Shown here in pieces: positions 10,501 to 20,677 of a stretch of 64,000 bases of DNA. Under the pieces are notes generated by a model, which made no database searches, was not told the origin of the DNA, and saw only the letters and a list, made by a program, of their open reading frames with translations. This stretch comes from a virus (taxonomy: Duplodnaviria; Caudoviricetes). Position 1 is the stretch's first letter. Each line of letters begins with the position of its first letter. The position numbers were made by a program, and so were the translations under genes. The DNA lies in IMG/VR virus record IMGVR_UViG_3300001525_000584, positions 153,630-217,629 of that record; one strand, given 5' to 3'.

Positions 10501-13500
10501 TTATCCTGAAGAAGCAGGTTCTGATGATCACCCCTATGGACAAAATCCTGGAGAGTTAGATCGACTGAAAAAAGTATTAACTTATGTTTCTTCTACGTAT
10601 AGAAACGATACAGACTCTGCAGAATTAAAACAGGCAAAGTTAAATAAATTCAGAGCTCTATTCATGGATGATCCTTCAGTGGATGCCGATATTCATTTTG
10701 ATTTAACTTCAACACTTTTCTATTATCTTTATACAGAGTTATTCTTAATGGTTGACTCCCGAGCTAAAAATGCTATGTTATGTTGGTATACAGAGCGTAC
10801 AGGCGGAGACGGTAGAAAATATGGAAACAAATGGTACTGGATCCCCTACGATATGGATACAGCGCTAGGCATTAATAACGAAGGCTTATTAGTATATAAC
10901 TATGATAAAGAAGATACAGACCTTCAGGAGGGCATGTATATCTTCAACGGTCAGGATTCAGCATTCTGGCAAAACGTCAGAGATGCCTTCACTACTGAGT
11001 TATTTGCTATGTATAGTGATTTACGTAGTAACAACGTAGGTCGTGAGATTTGGAGCTTTGATGTTGCAGAAAAGTATTTTGAAGATCATCAGGCTATTTG
11101 GAGTGAAAATATTTTCAACGAAGATGCTTATACAAAATACTTAGAGCCTTATGTGTTAAATAAAGACGCAACTTATTTAGGTATGGCTCAGGGCTCTAAA
11201 ATGCAACAACGTAGATGGTGGATGTATAACAGATTTAAATATCTGGATTCTAAATATCGTTCAGGCGATGTAAAGAATAATGCGATCACCATTCGCGCAT
11301 ATAATACAGTAGGACAAAAATTTGAGATAGTACCTTATACAAACTGTTATATGACGGGTAACTTCTGGGAGATACCTGTTACTAAAAAAGCCGAAAAGGG
11401 TAAAGTCGTAGAGATCGAGTCACCCAGTGCTGCAACAGGTACAGATGCTGTTATTAACGTATATCCTGCTGACTGGATTCAGGATTTAGGTGATATATCA
11501 TCTTTTATGCCGGGCTATGCAGATTTTTCAAAAGCTACAAAGTTGCAGAGACTGATTATAGGTAACGCTTCACCCACGTTTCAAAATGGTAACTTAAAAG
11601 GTTTGAATGTCGGTGCAAATAAATTATTAACCTATTTAGATGCTAGAAACTGCCAAAACCTAGGTACCACAGAAGGATCCGAGGCAACACCTACTATAGA
11701 CTTAAAAGAATGTTTAAGCATCGAAGAAGTTTATTTTGAAGGTACACAGATAAAGGGTGTAACGTTTCCGAATGGTGGTAACTTAAAAGTAGTACATTTA
11801 CCCAACACTATAACACAGTTAACTATTCGAAACCATCCCAACCTAAAAGAAGTTAGTATAGCAGGAACTCAGAATTTAACGAGTTTGTGGCTAGAAGATA
11901 TACCTTCTTCTGTAGTTAATCCTTATAAATATATTATGAACATGCCTGATGGATCTCGTATTCGTTTGATAAATGTTCAGGATACTTTTAAGAGTATAGA
12001 CGGAAAAACTGCAGCAGACCAAATCAGTGAATTTTATGATAAGCTCGATAAAATGGTTGGTTATGATGCCAGAGGCGCTAGTGTTGATAAAGCTCAGATC
12101 ACAGGTACTTTATATGTAGATTTTATGAACTATAAAGACTGGTCTATATTATCTGTACGTTATCCTGAGGTTGTTATTAAATCTATTAGTGGTAAAGATA
12201 TTATATGCACTGTTAAGTTTTATAATTATGTGTCGGGTGAAACAGATGATTTTACTCTTTATACATCCCGTCAGTGTTCTTTAGATACTATTTTGTCTGG
12301 AGAACCTGTTGAAGATCCTGCAAGAAAATCTTCTATAGCTTTAGATTATCATTTTGAACGTTGGTATGTTATAGAAGATGGCCGCCAGGTTACTTTCGAT
12401 CCTAGGGCAACTGTTATAACAAAAGATTTTGATGTATATCCTGAATATTCAACCACAGCACGCCAGTACACAGTTAAATTTGAAAAGCAAACTGATATAG
12501 CTTCTATAGTAGTAACGCCTGAAGAAGAAGTTGTAGATTATAATACTTTAATCACAGAACCTGCTGTAACAGGCGTTCCAGAAGATTTGAAGTTCCATGG
12601 TTGGCATACAGTTGAAGGTACGCACTGGTATTTTGATAAAGACAAAATCCTTAAAGATATGGTTTTATATGCATACTGGGAGGAAACAAACGTTCCTACA
12701 GTAGACCTTAGTACTATAATTAATTGCAACACTTTTGAAGCGCACTGTACGGATAATGTAGGTATAACAGGATGGGCTGTAACACATTCTGAAGAAGAAC
12801 CTACATCATGGAACTTAATAGTACCGGCGCAAAGAGTATTTGTAAAACAGTATAGTATCACAACACCTGAATTATATTATTTTTGGGTCAGAGATAATGC
12901 ATCACCTGAGTATAAAAAAGCTTTTGCCCATGTTCAGGGATTATCACTTACGAAGCAACCAGGCACAGGAGTAGATAATATAACACTGTATTATAAGAAT
13001 CCCGATGATACTTTTGAGCCTGTTGATACTACCGCAGTATTCTTTAATTCAACAGTTAAGATAAAATCCACTTTAGATTCACATTATGAAAACTTAACTC
13101 TATATTTAAATGATCGTGTTATAGAAAATGATTCTGAACAGGTTATTATAGAGAATACTGTTATTAAAGCTGTTTGCACACCTAAAAATTATACCGTAAA
13201 ATTTGATTTAGGTGAGTTCTGGGAAAAGAACATACCTGATCAAATTCGACCTTATAAAACATTAGTTGAAGAACCTGAAAAGCAAATAGTAGGTGGATTT
13301 GTTGTAGAAGGTTGGTATAAAGTTAAAGATGGAGATACTTATACAGGTAAATGGGATTTTGCAAAAGATGTAGTTGAAGGTGATACTATTCTTTATGCAA
13401 GATGGACTGATACTGTAGGGTCAACCACTTTGGATATAGACGTTGCAGAAGATTCTACAGAAGTTACTCTGAGTTATTATCAGAGTGTTTCAAATGGCAT

Positions 13501-14824
13501 CACTGTTAACTGGGGCGATGGAGCAAGAGAAACTTCTGAAGAAAAAGGCAATTTATCTTTAACACATACTTATTCAGCAGCAGGCAGTTATATTATATCT
13601 TTTGAATATAGTAGCGGACTTTACTGGCTGGGTATAGATAATGCAAATATACCTGTATTACAACCTATAACATTATTAAAGAATGTAACTTTTGCTAACA
13701 ACACAACGGCTACGGGTGCTTATGCATTTAAAGGTGCGACGGGATTAACGCAGGTTACTTTATCCCCTTATATGAGAAGAGTTGCTGCAGGAGCCTTTTT
13801 CGACTGTATAAATTTACAAAAGATCACTATGTACTATGGTATCACTTCTATAGAAGTTGGTTCTTTTGCTGGATGTACTTCTTTAAGAGATGTGGCTTTA
13901 CCTGAAGGTTTATATAGTATAGGCAACGAAGCATTTTCAGGATGTTTGAACCTTAATATAACTTCATGGCCAAAGAGCTTGAGGCGTATAGAGGGAAAAG
14001 CATTTTTGTCATGTGATCGTATAGAAGAACTAACTTTAGATGATTTTGATAACTTAGGTCCTTCTGCTTTTGCAGGATGCGACGCTCTAAAGAAGGTTAC
14101 TTTAAGCAACATCAGATCTATGGAGGAAAAAGTTTTTGTTAACTGCTCCGCCTTAGAAAAAGTCATTATATTAGACGATACAGTACAACCTAAGTTTGCT
14201 TTTGAGGACTGTCCTAAGTTAATAACTGCGGGACCTTTAAATAGTGGTTGTAACATAGAGTTTAATTGGTTCAAGAAAATCCCTGCAGATGCCTTTGCAT
14301 GTTCTTATGGAGCTTTGAGTGCGGTAACAACAGTTACTTTACCTGATAATATAACAGAATTAGACTCTGGAGTATTTTCAAATAGTAACATTCAAAATGT
14401 AAATTTGGATAATATTATCACATGGGGCGTTGGAGTATTTTCAGGCTGTAAAAAGTTTAATCTTAATAGTTTCCCAAAGAAAATGACTTATATACCTACT
14501 AATACTTTTAGTAGATGTACAGCTTTAAGAGGCTGGGATCTAAATGATGGATTAGGCTATAGAATAGTTATACCTGCAACAGTTAGTTCCATAGGTAACA
14601 ACGCATTTTCACACTGCGGTTCTTTAGTAACTTTACATGTACGTACACAAAACAGCGATAATAAAATTAACTCTTTTGATAATGCATGGGCATATATGGG
14701 CAACCCTGATATGACTATTCACGTACACAGTAACTTAGAAGATGTCACAGAAGCTTACGGACCCTATTTTAACTACTGGAACGCAGAAGATTCACGTCAA
14801 CTAAAAGTTATAAAAGATTTATAA
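7532..14824 (+). CDS. giant multidomain virion/adhesin protein (LamG-like, CotH-kinase-like, InlB-B repeats, PKD, BspA-type LRR)
   Basis: 2430 aa; DVYNIRIYNNDL (LamG-like); DSRAKN...WYWIPYDMDTALG (CotH-like); EEP...FVVEGWY...WDF...DTILYARW (InlB-B); VNWGDG...HTYSAAGSY (PKD); AFSGC/IPAT..SIGNNAF (LRR_5). Confidence 0.7.
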   Translation: MANIPNKFPNISGSISSHGSVTGSISSGGGTSDHNRLKNRDLADQHPIEAITGLQDLLDSKVSEDEILPLINDAAKSKARGLYYDARGELSRDKKSYWYLTSDIDAITKQGTKESVISGPYNLGAGGGGSSPSITTVTLTKVTWPTNVSVGGECIVTINWTSIRDDQPTGRGTIQCFNNGKLIETKTAAQGNVSFDLTSSIISGENKIEFKVTDAYGSSKNLIDIITGISLLLTSYFDANAEFSGPIAYIYTPFGDIAKTMHFILDGAELPGSEIITASGEQQTKIISAQAHGSHTLQVYFTVTIEGEEIKSNELYYDLICFEEGDLTPIIASTFINDSEHEQYIPFNVVYRVYTPGQNNSNVYLYVDGVPVYTDEYGNPSYINVDKNEQSWEVSSDVIGNHTLQIVSGSAEKSFTFHIYKSTVDVTPVTDSLELYLGTENRNNQEPLEKRKQWNYTGTSGTIEGSLENFNWQSNGWVLDDENKTVLRLSGDARATIHFKPFSKDFTNTGKTIEFEIATRDVKDYEERIISCLDGADSISHSINYAGEDTRTKKFIVTNISLDSFAEAVQSTKGTYAFIYNNGQWNLNDDYYSTEDLTSVFGISIETQDLDPDNTTETEYFLDNDRILIYYVVSGRGFYITPQIARLQSQAASLSTQYKEDDKVRISYVVEKSTYGTRLMFMYINGILSGVSRYSETDSFAQTPAQEIVLGSNKATLDVYNIRIYNNDLTRRQIVNNWIADTKDAALKAQRYRHNDVYNNETGQITKEKILAIGNIPYLTLEGDDLPKQKKDRKWMSISYVDPVYSDRSFTADDARVDVQGTSSQYYYKKNFKIKYENGFYDNNLNWSEHYKLRGEDSKKEKTFTYKADVASSEGANNVVLVRYFEDSKNWFSPPEMEPDEDLGTSDSKKRIRVGIDGLPIVAFHQDKFYGKMNFNNDKGNSRTYGFTDGDECWEFLHNSSNLVLFKTDDLESINPATGKKMWEESFESRYPEEAGSDDHPYGQNPGELDRLKKVLTYVSSTYRNDTDSAELKQAKLNKFRALFMDDPSVDADIHFDLTSTLFYYLYTELFLMVDSRAKNAMLCWYTERTGGDGRKYGNKWYWIPYDMDTALGINNEGLLVYNYDKEDTDLQEGMYIFNGQDSAFWQNVRDAFTTELFAMYSDLRSNNVGREIWSFDVAEKYFEDHQAIWSENIFNEDAYTKYLEPYVLNKDATYLGMAQGSKMQQRRWWMYNRFKYLDSKYRSGDVKNNAITIRAYNTVGQKFEIVPYTNCYMTGNFWEIPVTKKAEKGKVVEIESPSAATGTDAVINVYPADWIQDLGDISSFMPGYADFSKATKLQRLIIGNASPTFQNGNLKGLNVGANKLLTYLDARNCQNLGTTEGSEATPTIDLKECLSIEEVYFEGTQIKGVTFPNGGNLKVVHLPNTITQLTIRNHPNLKEVSIAGTQNLTSLWLEDIPSSVVNPYKYIMNMPDGSRIRLINVQDTFKSIDGKTAADQISEFYDKLDKMVGYDARGASVDKAQITGTLYVDFMNYKDWSILSVRYPEVVIKSISGKDIICTVKFYNYVSGETDDFTLYTSRQCSLDTILSGEPVEDPARKSSIALDYHFERWYVIEDGRQVTFDPRATVITKDFDVYPEYSTTARQYTVKFEKQTDIASIVVTPEEEVVDYNTLITEPAVTGVPEDLKFHGWHTVEGTHWYFDKDKILKDMVLYAYWEETNVPTVDLSTIINCNTFEAHCTDNVGITGWAVTHSEEEPTSWNLIVPAQRVFVKQYSITTPELYYFWVRDNASPEYKKAFAHVQGLSLTKQPGTGVDNITLYYKNPDDTFEPVDTTAVFFNSTVKIKSTLDSHYENLTLYLNDRVIENDSEQVIIENTVIKAVCTPKNYTVKFDLGEFWEKNIPDQIRPYKTLVEEPEKQIVGGFVVEGWYKVKDGDTYTGKWDFAKDVVEGDTILYARWTDTVGSTTLDIDVAEDSTEVTLSYYQSVSNGITVNWGDGARETSEEKGNLSLTHTYSAAGSYIISFEYSSGLYWLGIDNANIPVLQPITLLKNVTFANNTTATGAYAFKGATGLTQVTLSPYMRRVAAGAFFDCINLQKITMYYGITSIEVGSFAGCTSLRDVALPEGLYSIGNEAFSGCLNLNITSWPKSLRRIEGKAFLSCDRIEELTLDDFDNLGPSAFAGCDALKKVTLSNIRSMEEKVFVNCSALEKVIILDDTVQPKFAFEDCPKLITAGPLNSGCNIEFNWFKKIPADAFACSYGALSAVTTVTLPDNITELDSGVFSNSNIQNVNLDNIITWGVGVFSGCKKFNLNSFPKKMTYIPTNTFSRCTALRGWDLNDGLGYRIVIPATVSSIGNNAFSHCGSLVTLHVRTQNSDNKINSFDNAWAYMGNPDMTIHVHSNLEDVTEAYGPYFNYWNAEDSRQLKVIKDL

Positions 14825-14832
14825 ATATTTTT

Positions 14833-14872
14833 AATAGAGATGGTTGAGGCGACTTAATCATCTCTATTCTTT
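14833..14872 (+). terminator. intrinsic terminator
   Basis: AATAGAGATGGTTGAG-GCGA-CTTAATCATCTCTATT hairpin. Confidence 0.7.
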
Positions 14873-14880
14873 GCTAAATT
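14873..14880 (+). promoter_or_regulatory. GCTAAATT putative late promoter
   Basis: Recurrent motif after terminator. Confidence 0.65.
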
Positions 14881-14915
14881 CAGTATAAAAATGCAAAGCA
14901 AAGGAGGTCGAACTT

Positions 14916-15596
14916 TTGACTATTAATCTTATTCAGTTCAAAAGGGGTTCGAAGGCTGCCCTAGAGCGGGAGCTTCAGGGAGTTAATAATAAGCGTCCTG
15001 CTTCTGGCGAACCTATTTTTGAGATCGACTCTGGTAGCTTAAAAATAGGTGATGGGGTTCATGATTATAAAGATCTGAAGTATATCGGCGGTAACGGAGG
15101 TTCTTCTGGCGGCGATGATAACAGATTTATTATTCAGGATCCTGTAGCAGGGCAAATTTTAATATATGATGATAATAGTGGTAAATGGATAAATAAATCT
15201 TTAGCAGATGAAACTACTATAACGTATTTATCTGAAAAGGGTATAACTCTAAAGAATTATGAAAATGCCACTAATGGTCAGATGCTGGTAAAAGATTCTG
15301 TACAGGGTTTGAGATGGTTGGATCCGGTATCAACAGAACTTTTAGATGCTAAAGTGCTTCAGGCAGAGCAGGCACGTACAGATGCACAAACATATGCTAA
15401 TACAGCCAGTAACAAAGCCGTAGAAGCTTCTATGGCAGCGTCTGATGCAAATACAGCAGCTTATAATGCCCAACATATAATAGATTATGAATTACCTGAA
15501 GCTATAGATAAAAAAATGCAGTTCATGCCTATATCCGAATATAATGCTATGACTACTATAGTTAAAGACTGCTTTTATTTTCTCACTTTAGAGTGA
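14916..15596 (+). CDS. tail fibre protein with Mtd-N/hyaluronidase-N-like domain
   Basis: IQFKRG...GEPIFEIDSGSLKIGDGVHDYKDLKY. Confidence 0.65.
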   Translation: MTINLIQFKRGSKAALERELQGVNNKRPASGEPIFEIDSGSLKIGDGVHDYKDLKYIGGNGGSSGGDDNRFIIQDPVAGQILIYDDNSGKWINKSLADETTITYLSEKGITLKNYENATNGQMLVKDSVQGLRWLDPVSTELLDAKVLQAEQARTDAQTYANTASNKAVEASMAASDANTAAYNAQHIIDYELPEAIDKKMQFMPISEYNAMTTIVKDCFYFLTLE

Positions 15597-15609
15597 AGAG
15601 GAGCTTTTT

Positions 15610-15822
15610 ATGTCAAACACTCCTAAAAATGAGATTATGATAAATGGAAAAAAAGTAGTTTCAGTGATTAATTTACAAAAGATCACCAAAGGTGTTCAAA
15701 CAGAATCTGGAGAAGTTCAGGGAGAAACTATTTGGGATGCTTCACAAATGAAACATTCTGCGTGGTTCATTTTGGATTTAGAAACAGGTTCTCGAGGATG
15801 GTACCCAGGTAAAAAAGAATGA
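15610..15822 (+). CDS. small hypothetical protein
   Basis: ORF with GAGGAG SD. Confidence 0.55.
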   Translation: MSNTPKNEIMINGKKVVSVINLQKITKGVQTESGEVQGETIWDASQMKHSAWFILDLETGSRGWYPGKKE

Positions 15823-15858
15823 TTTATAAATTAAAAAATAAAATAAGGAGATTATATA

Positions 15859-18729
15859 ATGGCCGCAAATAATAACCATTTTGGGTTGACTCTAGATACA
15901 GTTGCCCCTAAAGGCGGTATATCTGCACAGGCTTCATATAATGCACAGGGTAAAGTTACTATAACTTATGACGCTGATGCAAGCCAGATGAAGGTTTGGT
16001 ATACCTCCACTCAGGCAGGTTCAAAGAGCGATTCAAATTATCCAACCGAATGGGAGGCTGTAGCAAAAGAAAAGAATACGGCCTTTACCTCCGATGGAAC
16101 ATATTATTATCATGTAGTGTTTAAAGATTCTGTAGCGAATGAGTCTGAAGTATTTAACTCAGATGCTATAGTTTATGAAACTAAAGGTGTTACAATAAAT
16201 ACTGTAGCTATTAATGACGATGCTGCATACACCACAAATCTAGAAAATAATAAAATCGTATTTACTTTTACTAATAATACCGTATCTGCCATTTCTTCTG
16301 GTACTATAACCGGTAACATCGTAGGCAGCCCCATAGCTATTAATTTAAATTCTGAAGAACTTGCAGCAGGTTCTGCAGAACGCACCTTTAGTTTTAATAC
16401 AGGAGTTCAGGGGAAACAGGAGGTCACTGTTACTTTAACTACAGCTGCTGGAAACTCTTCATCTGCAAGTGATACCATCACAGTTGATACTACACCGGCT
16501 GCAGGCGTTTTAACACTTCGCAACAGTGCTAATACAGCTAACCTCCCGCTATATATTAATTATGTAGATGTGGGTGTACGCATCGACTGCTCCGCCACGG
16601 ACTGGGCATCCTGTTCGATCTCAGGCCCCTTTGCCAACAGCCCGCTTAATATCACTGTATCTGCTGACGATCGCAAAAATGGTTATGTCTTTAGTCAGAT
16701 TAAATTAAATACTGGCGATGGCCTTAAAAACATCACTGCAAAGATTTATGATACTGCAGGCAACGTAAATACTGAAACGATGGCTGCATCTGTTACTTTA
16801 GACCAGACTGCACCTGTAATTAGTATCACGCCGAATAGAACTACTATTAGTAGACAAACAGGTTATAATTCAGCGACGCTAACTTTAGCCGTTACTGAAG
16901 ACGCAAAAGCTTCTGGTCAGGACGCTTATCGTATTTATTTAGATGATAATACTTCTCAGTCCTTTACTTCAGGTACTTTACCCGCATCTTATGTTGTGAA
17001 TGCAGATGTTTTTACAGACACTTTAGACGCTGAGCATGTAGTGCATGTAGAAGTGCGCGATAAAGCCGGCAACACAGGTACTAAAACCATTGCCATTAAA
17101 TTAGATATTACTGCACCCGCAGTTACAAAGCCTACGATCACTAATTATAAAGGCTATGTTGGCGGTAACTTAGTGGACACTGCTGCCGGGTTTGTACGAT
17201 TTAATCAAATCTCAGTAACTTCTGGTGCTGAAGATGCATCTGCTATAGCATACAGCTATTGTTGGATTAATAATAAAGTTACAGATACTTCTTTACCTGA
17301 AGCCGCTAAAAAAACTGGTCTCAAAGCCACTTTTGCATACGGGGATCTTTTAGCTACAAGCATTAGCGAAGGCGATACCAACTACGTGCATGTAGCTTAT
17401 GTAGATGAAGTTGGTAACACTGCTTTTGGCCATAGTGCTGGAGTTATTTTCGATTCAACAGCCCCTGAGGCAGGCGCTATTGATGGGCTACCTGATATTT
17501 GCCATAAAATAACTAATGTTGTTTCTCTTGTGCCGAAGGATACAAACATCAGTGAGAACCATGGCTGGTATAAACTTTGGGGAGATATAAAAGTTGGTGA
17601 AAATGCCGTAAGTACTGAAGCCATGGCGGTTTGGACTACTTATGAAAATCCCGTTATATCTATTACGTTTACTGGGGCTGATTCGGTTGCAAGCGTCACA
17701 AAAACGGTTTACTTAAAGTGGCGGGATGCCGCGGGTAACGTACAGACTGCCGATGCATTCTCCAAAACTGTGCAGCTCGACACCTCTAAGCCTCAGGCAT
17801 CCTTAACACTTGTAGATACTAATAACGCCACTAATATAGGCAACAGTAAACGCGCGCTTAATACTTTTAAGGCCCGCATTTCTGGCGGTGATGACGGGCT
17901 TACTGGAACAGCTTCTGCATATGTTCTTTATGGTAACATTAAAATAGGTAGCACAACATACCCTACATCTTTAAAGACATATAATGCTTCTACGGCTTAT
18001 GCAGCAGGTGATTTTGTAACCTATACACCACCAAAGGATTCTGAAGGTCAGGCGGAGCCTGAACAGATTCGTAAAATAACAACCGCAGGTACTTATGCGA
18101 CCTGGACAGCTTTAACGGCTGCTTCTGGTGATGCCTTCACACCTTTAACTTATAATACACCTAGTGGCTCGCCTACATATTATTTAACTGATACCATCAC
18201 AGGTACTGTTACTCAGGGCGCTAACCCTGTATATTTAAAAGTTAGAGATGATGCAGGAAACGTTTCTGATGTAGTTACACAGTCCTTCATTTATGATACT
18301 ACCGCTCCTGTAGCAACTGTAGGAAACGTGGATCGAGCTATTATCAGTAAAGTTCACGAAAAATTAGAAACAAAAACTTCTTATATCTCTAATGATGCAA
18401 CAGCTAAAGATAAAGAAGGATATGCAGATTATGTTGCATTTAACTTTACCGCCAGCGAAAAGGTCATTGCGTGGAAAGTTTGTGCATATTTAACCGAAGA
18501 GGCTGCAGGAAACGGCAGTGCAAGTGATGCAGCTATACCCACAACTAATGGTTCTATTAACACTTCTGGTGCAGGCATCGAAGCAGATGCATCTATAGCA
18601 GTTCTTATTAATGGTGCTGACTATGAAGCAGCTTTAGGAGAAGTCGGAAAAGTAGATGGAGCTCATGTCGTTGTTGTATATGTGCAGGACGAAGCAGGAA
18701 CCTGGTCTGGAAAAGCTGTATTTGCATAA
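15859..18729 (+). CDS. Ig-like repeat virion protein
   Basis: Repeated D.AGN...DT(T)AP modules; YNASTAYAAGDFVTY resembles CBM5/12. Confidence 0.65.
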   Translation: MAANNNHFGLTLDTVAPKGGISAQASYNAQGKVTITYDADASQMKVWYTSTQAGSKSDSNYPTEWEAVAKEKNTAFTSDGTYYYHVVFKDSVANESEVFNSDAIVYETKGVTINTVAINDDAAYTTNLENNKIVFTFTNNTVSAISSGTITGNIVGSPIAINLNSEELAAGSAERTFSFNTGVQGKQEVTVTLTTAAGNSSSASDTITVDTTPAAGVLTLRNSANTANLPLYINYVDVGVRIDCSATDWASCSISGPFANSPLNITVSADDRKNGYVFSQIKLNTGDGLKNITAKIYDTAGNVNTETMAASVTLDQTAPVISITPNRTTISRQTGYNSATLTLAVTEDAKASGQDAYRIYLDDNTSQSFTSGTLPASYVVNADVFTDTLDAEHVVHVEVRDKAGNTGTKTIAIKLDITAPAVTKPTITNYKGYVGGNLVDTAAGFVRFNQISVTSGAEDASAIAYSYCWINNKVTDTSLPEAAKKTGLKATFAYGDLLATSISEGDTNYVHVAYVDEVGNTAFGHSAGVIFDSTAPEAGAIDGLPDICHKITNVVSLVPKDTNISENHGWYKLWGDIKVGENAVSTEAMAVWTTYENPVISITFTGADSVASVTKTVYLKWRDAAGNVQTADAFSKTVQLDTSKPQASLTLVDTNNATNIGNSKRALNTFKARISGGDDGLTGTASAYVLYGNIKIGSTTYPTSLKTYNASTAYAAGDFVTYTPPKDSEGQAEPEQIRKITTAGTYATWTALTAASGDAFTPLTYNTPSGSPTYYLTDTITGTVTQGANPVYLKVRDDAGNVSDVVTQSFIYDTTAPVATVGNVDRAIISKVHEKLETKTSYISNDATAKDKEGYADYVAFNFTASEKVIAWKVCAYLTEEAAGNGSASDAAIPTTNGSINTSGAGIEADASIAVLINGADYEAALGEVGKVDGAHVVVVYVQDEAGTWSGKAVFA

Positions 18730-18766
18730 ATAAAAAGAAAAAAGTTTTATTTAATGGAGGTATAAA

Positions 18767-19234
18767 ATGTCTCGTAACGTTACAGGATATAATCCGCCTC
18801 AGGTAGATTATAAAGCTTTAACTGTAAATGGGGTAAATTATTTAACTTCAAATGCTGTAAAAGTTTCTTTTGTACCTCCTTATAATACTGTTTCTATAAC
18901 GTTTAGACCTAATGTTCTTTTAAATAGATATATAGTAAATGCAACTTATGGAGATGCTGCATATGATATAGATGTAGGTAAAAGATTAGTTGCAGCACCC
19001 GGAGGTTCTATAACGAGTATACCATCGACTCAGGATACTACAGTTTCTTTTGAAGTAAATTCAACTAATTTTGATCAGGGTGATGGATTATATAGAATTA
19101 GTTTATATGCGCAGTCCGCAGTAGATTATTCATGGGATGTATCTTATATTTTATTAACAGTATCAAATGATACTTTTGTACCTTCTGATGGAGGAACTTT
19201 TGAAGTATTAACCACCAAAATTATTAATTCGTAG
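18767..19234 (+). CDS. hypothetical structural protein (Ig-like)
   Basis: ORF with SD; resembles the C-terminal domain of the upstream gene. Confidence 0.5.
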   Translation: MSRNVTGYNPPQVDYKALTVNGVNYLTSNAVKVSFVPPYNTVSITFRPNVLLNRYIVNATYGDAAYDIDVGKRLVAAPGGSITSIPSTQDTTVSFEVNSTNFDQGDGLYRISLYAQSAVDYSWDVSYILLTVSNDTFVPSDGGTFEVLTTKIINS

Positions 19235-19250
19235 GAGGAAAAAATAATTT

Positions 19251-19553
19251 ATGGCATTTACGTCCAGTCATACTGGGGCTCAAATAGAGCAGTCAGTCAC
19301 TAATGCCTTAGCTTTGGCCAGCACTTTAACTACAGTAGTGATAAGTGGTCAAACATATAATGTGCTCTGGGAGATCGCTCCTACGTCTTCTAATCAGGTG
19401 TATGGGCTCTCTGTAAATCCCAGCACAGGAAAATTATATAGGATTTACAACAACAAAGGTACTTATTCAGCAGAAGCATATTCACCAAACAGTTATATAC
19501 CTAGTGTTTCTGATACAACTTTACAGTTTACTTTAGGTAACACTAATAGCTAA
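19251..19553 (+). CDS. hypothetical fibre-associated protein
   Basis: N-terminal FTSSHTGAQIE motif typical of phage fibre proteins. Confidence 0.5.
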   Translation: MAFTSSHTGAQIEQSVTNALALASTLTTVVISGQTYNVLWEIAPTSSNQVYGLSVNPSTGKLYRIYNNKGTYSAEAYSPNSYIPSVSDTTLQFTLGNTNS

Positions 19554-19625
19554 ATATATTTTGAAGGGTTAACTTTTTATTTTAGAGTTGACTCTTTTTG
19601 CGTGCTGTTCTAAAGACAAATTTAG

Positions 19626-19633
19626 GCTAAATT
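19626..19633 (+). promoter_or_regulatory. GCTAAATT putative late promoter
   Basis: After hairpin at 19563-19599. Confidence 0.65.
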
Positions 19634-19666
19634 ATCATGTAAAAAAGAAACAGAGGAGGTAAATAT

Positions 19667-20182
19667 ATGCCGAGAATGCCAAAACAGAACTGCGGCACAA
19701 CTGTTATTTGTTATAGTAACAAAAGCAGTACAAAAGACCTCGAAAATAGACTTAAAAAATTAGAAGATGCTTTATTAGATAAAGACCCTTCTGAAAATCC
19801 TGATTTACCTAATGTTCCTGACACTCCTGAACAGCCAGAACCTGAAGTAGAGATGGTTGATATTTATTTTTATGATGGTTTTCTTTTGCCAAATGCTAAC
19901 AGTGCACAGGGCTGGATTAAAGAAACGGTGCTTGCATCTATTAGAAAAGAAGGCATAACTCATACATATGATCCTGCAGAAGAATTTTATCCTGCTATAG
20001 CATATCCTGAATCCTGGGGCGAATTAGCACATATTTATCAGGGTGGTTCTACTGCTTTTGATCTAATAACTGTATTCGAAAAAGAGATCATCACTAAAGA
20101 TGGTAAAAAGTACTGGCATTATTATTTTCCAGACAGCGTTGTCGCTTCAAAAACTGTGCTCACTTTTCTTTGGGCAGCTTAA
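19667..20182 (+). CDS. hypothetical structural protein
   Basis: Pro-rich linker plus C-terminal beta domain (PAIAYPESWGEL). Confidence 0.5.
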   Translation: MPRMPKQNCGTTVICYSNKSSTKDLENRLKKLEDALLDKDPSENPDLPNVPDTPEQPEPEVEMVDIYFYDGFLLPNANSAQGWIKETVLASIRKEGITHTYDPAEEFYPAIAYPESWGELAHIYQGGSTAFDLITVFEKEIITKDGKKYWHYYFPDSVVASKTVLTFLWAA

Positions 20183-20207
20183 ATAGATTAAAGGAGATTT
20201 TATATAA

Positions 20208-20666
20208 ATGGCTCGTTATACATCGTTCTTAGCCGGGATGGAGATCACTTCAGCCTCTGCCATAGATAAGCGCCTTATTCTGACTAAAGAAGAGATGCGT
20301 ACTCTGGTGTTTGAAGATTCTAAAAAAGCTTTTAAAATACCTACGCACACACTTCATACCACAGAAGCCGATAAAACTTATCTAGCTATTTGTGCAGAAG
20401 ATAAAATGATTTACATCTATGATGAATCTGTAGGATATGATGAAACAACAGGACATTTTCATCCTTTAGCTTCTTTATTAGATTTTACAGAAGGTGGCGC
20501 AGGTTTATCAGAAAATTTGGAAAATGCCATTAAAGCATCTACAACAGTTTCAGATATAGAGAAGATTTTATCAGGTACAGAAGAAGAACCCGGATTAACT
20601 AAACAGGTAGAAGATATTCAAAAACAAATAGATGAGATCACCATGAATGGTGGCGAAATCGTTTAA
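20208..20666 (+). CDS. hypothetical fibre subunit
   Basis: AIDKR N-terminal motif, coiled coil, C-terminal MNGG. Confidence 0.5.
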   Translation: MARYTSFLAGMEITSASAIDKRLILTKEEMRTLVFEDSKKAFKIPTHTLHTTEADKTYLAICAEDKMIYIYDESVGYDETTGHFHPLASLLDFTEGGAGLSENLENAIKASTTVSDIEKILSGTEEEPGLTKQVEDIQKQIDEITMNGGEIV

Positions 20667-20677
20667 GGAGGCTTTTC

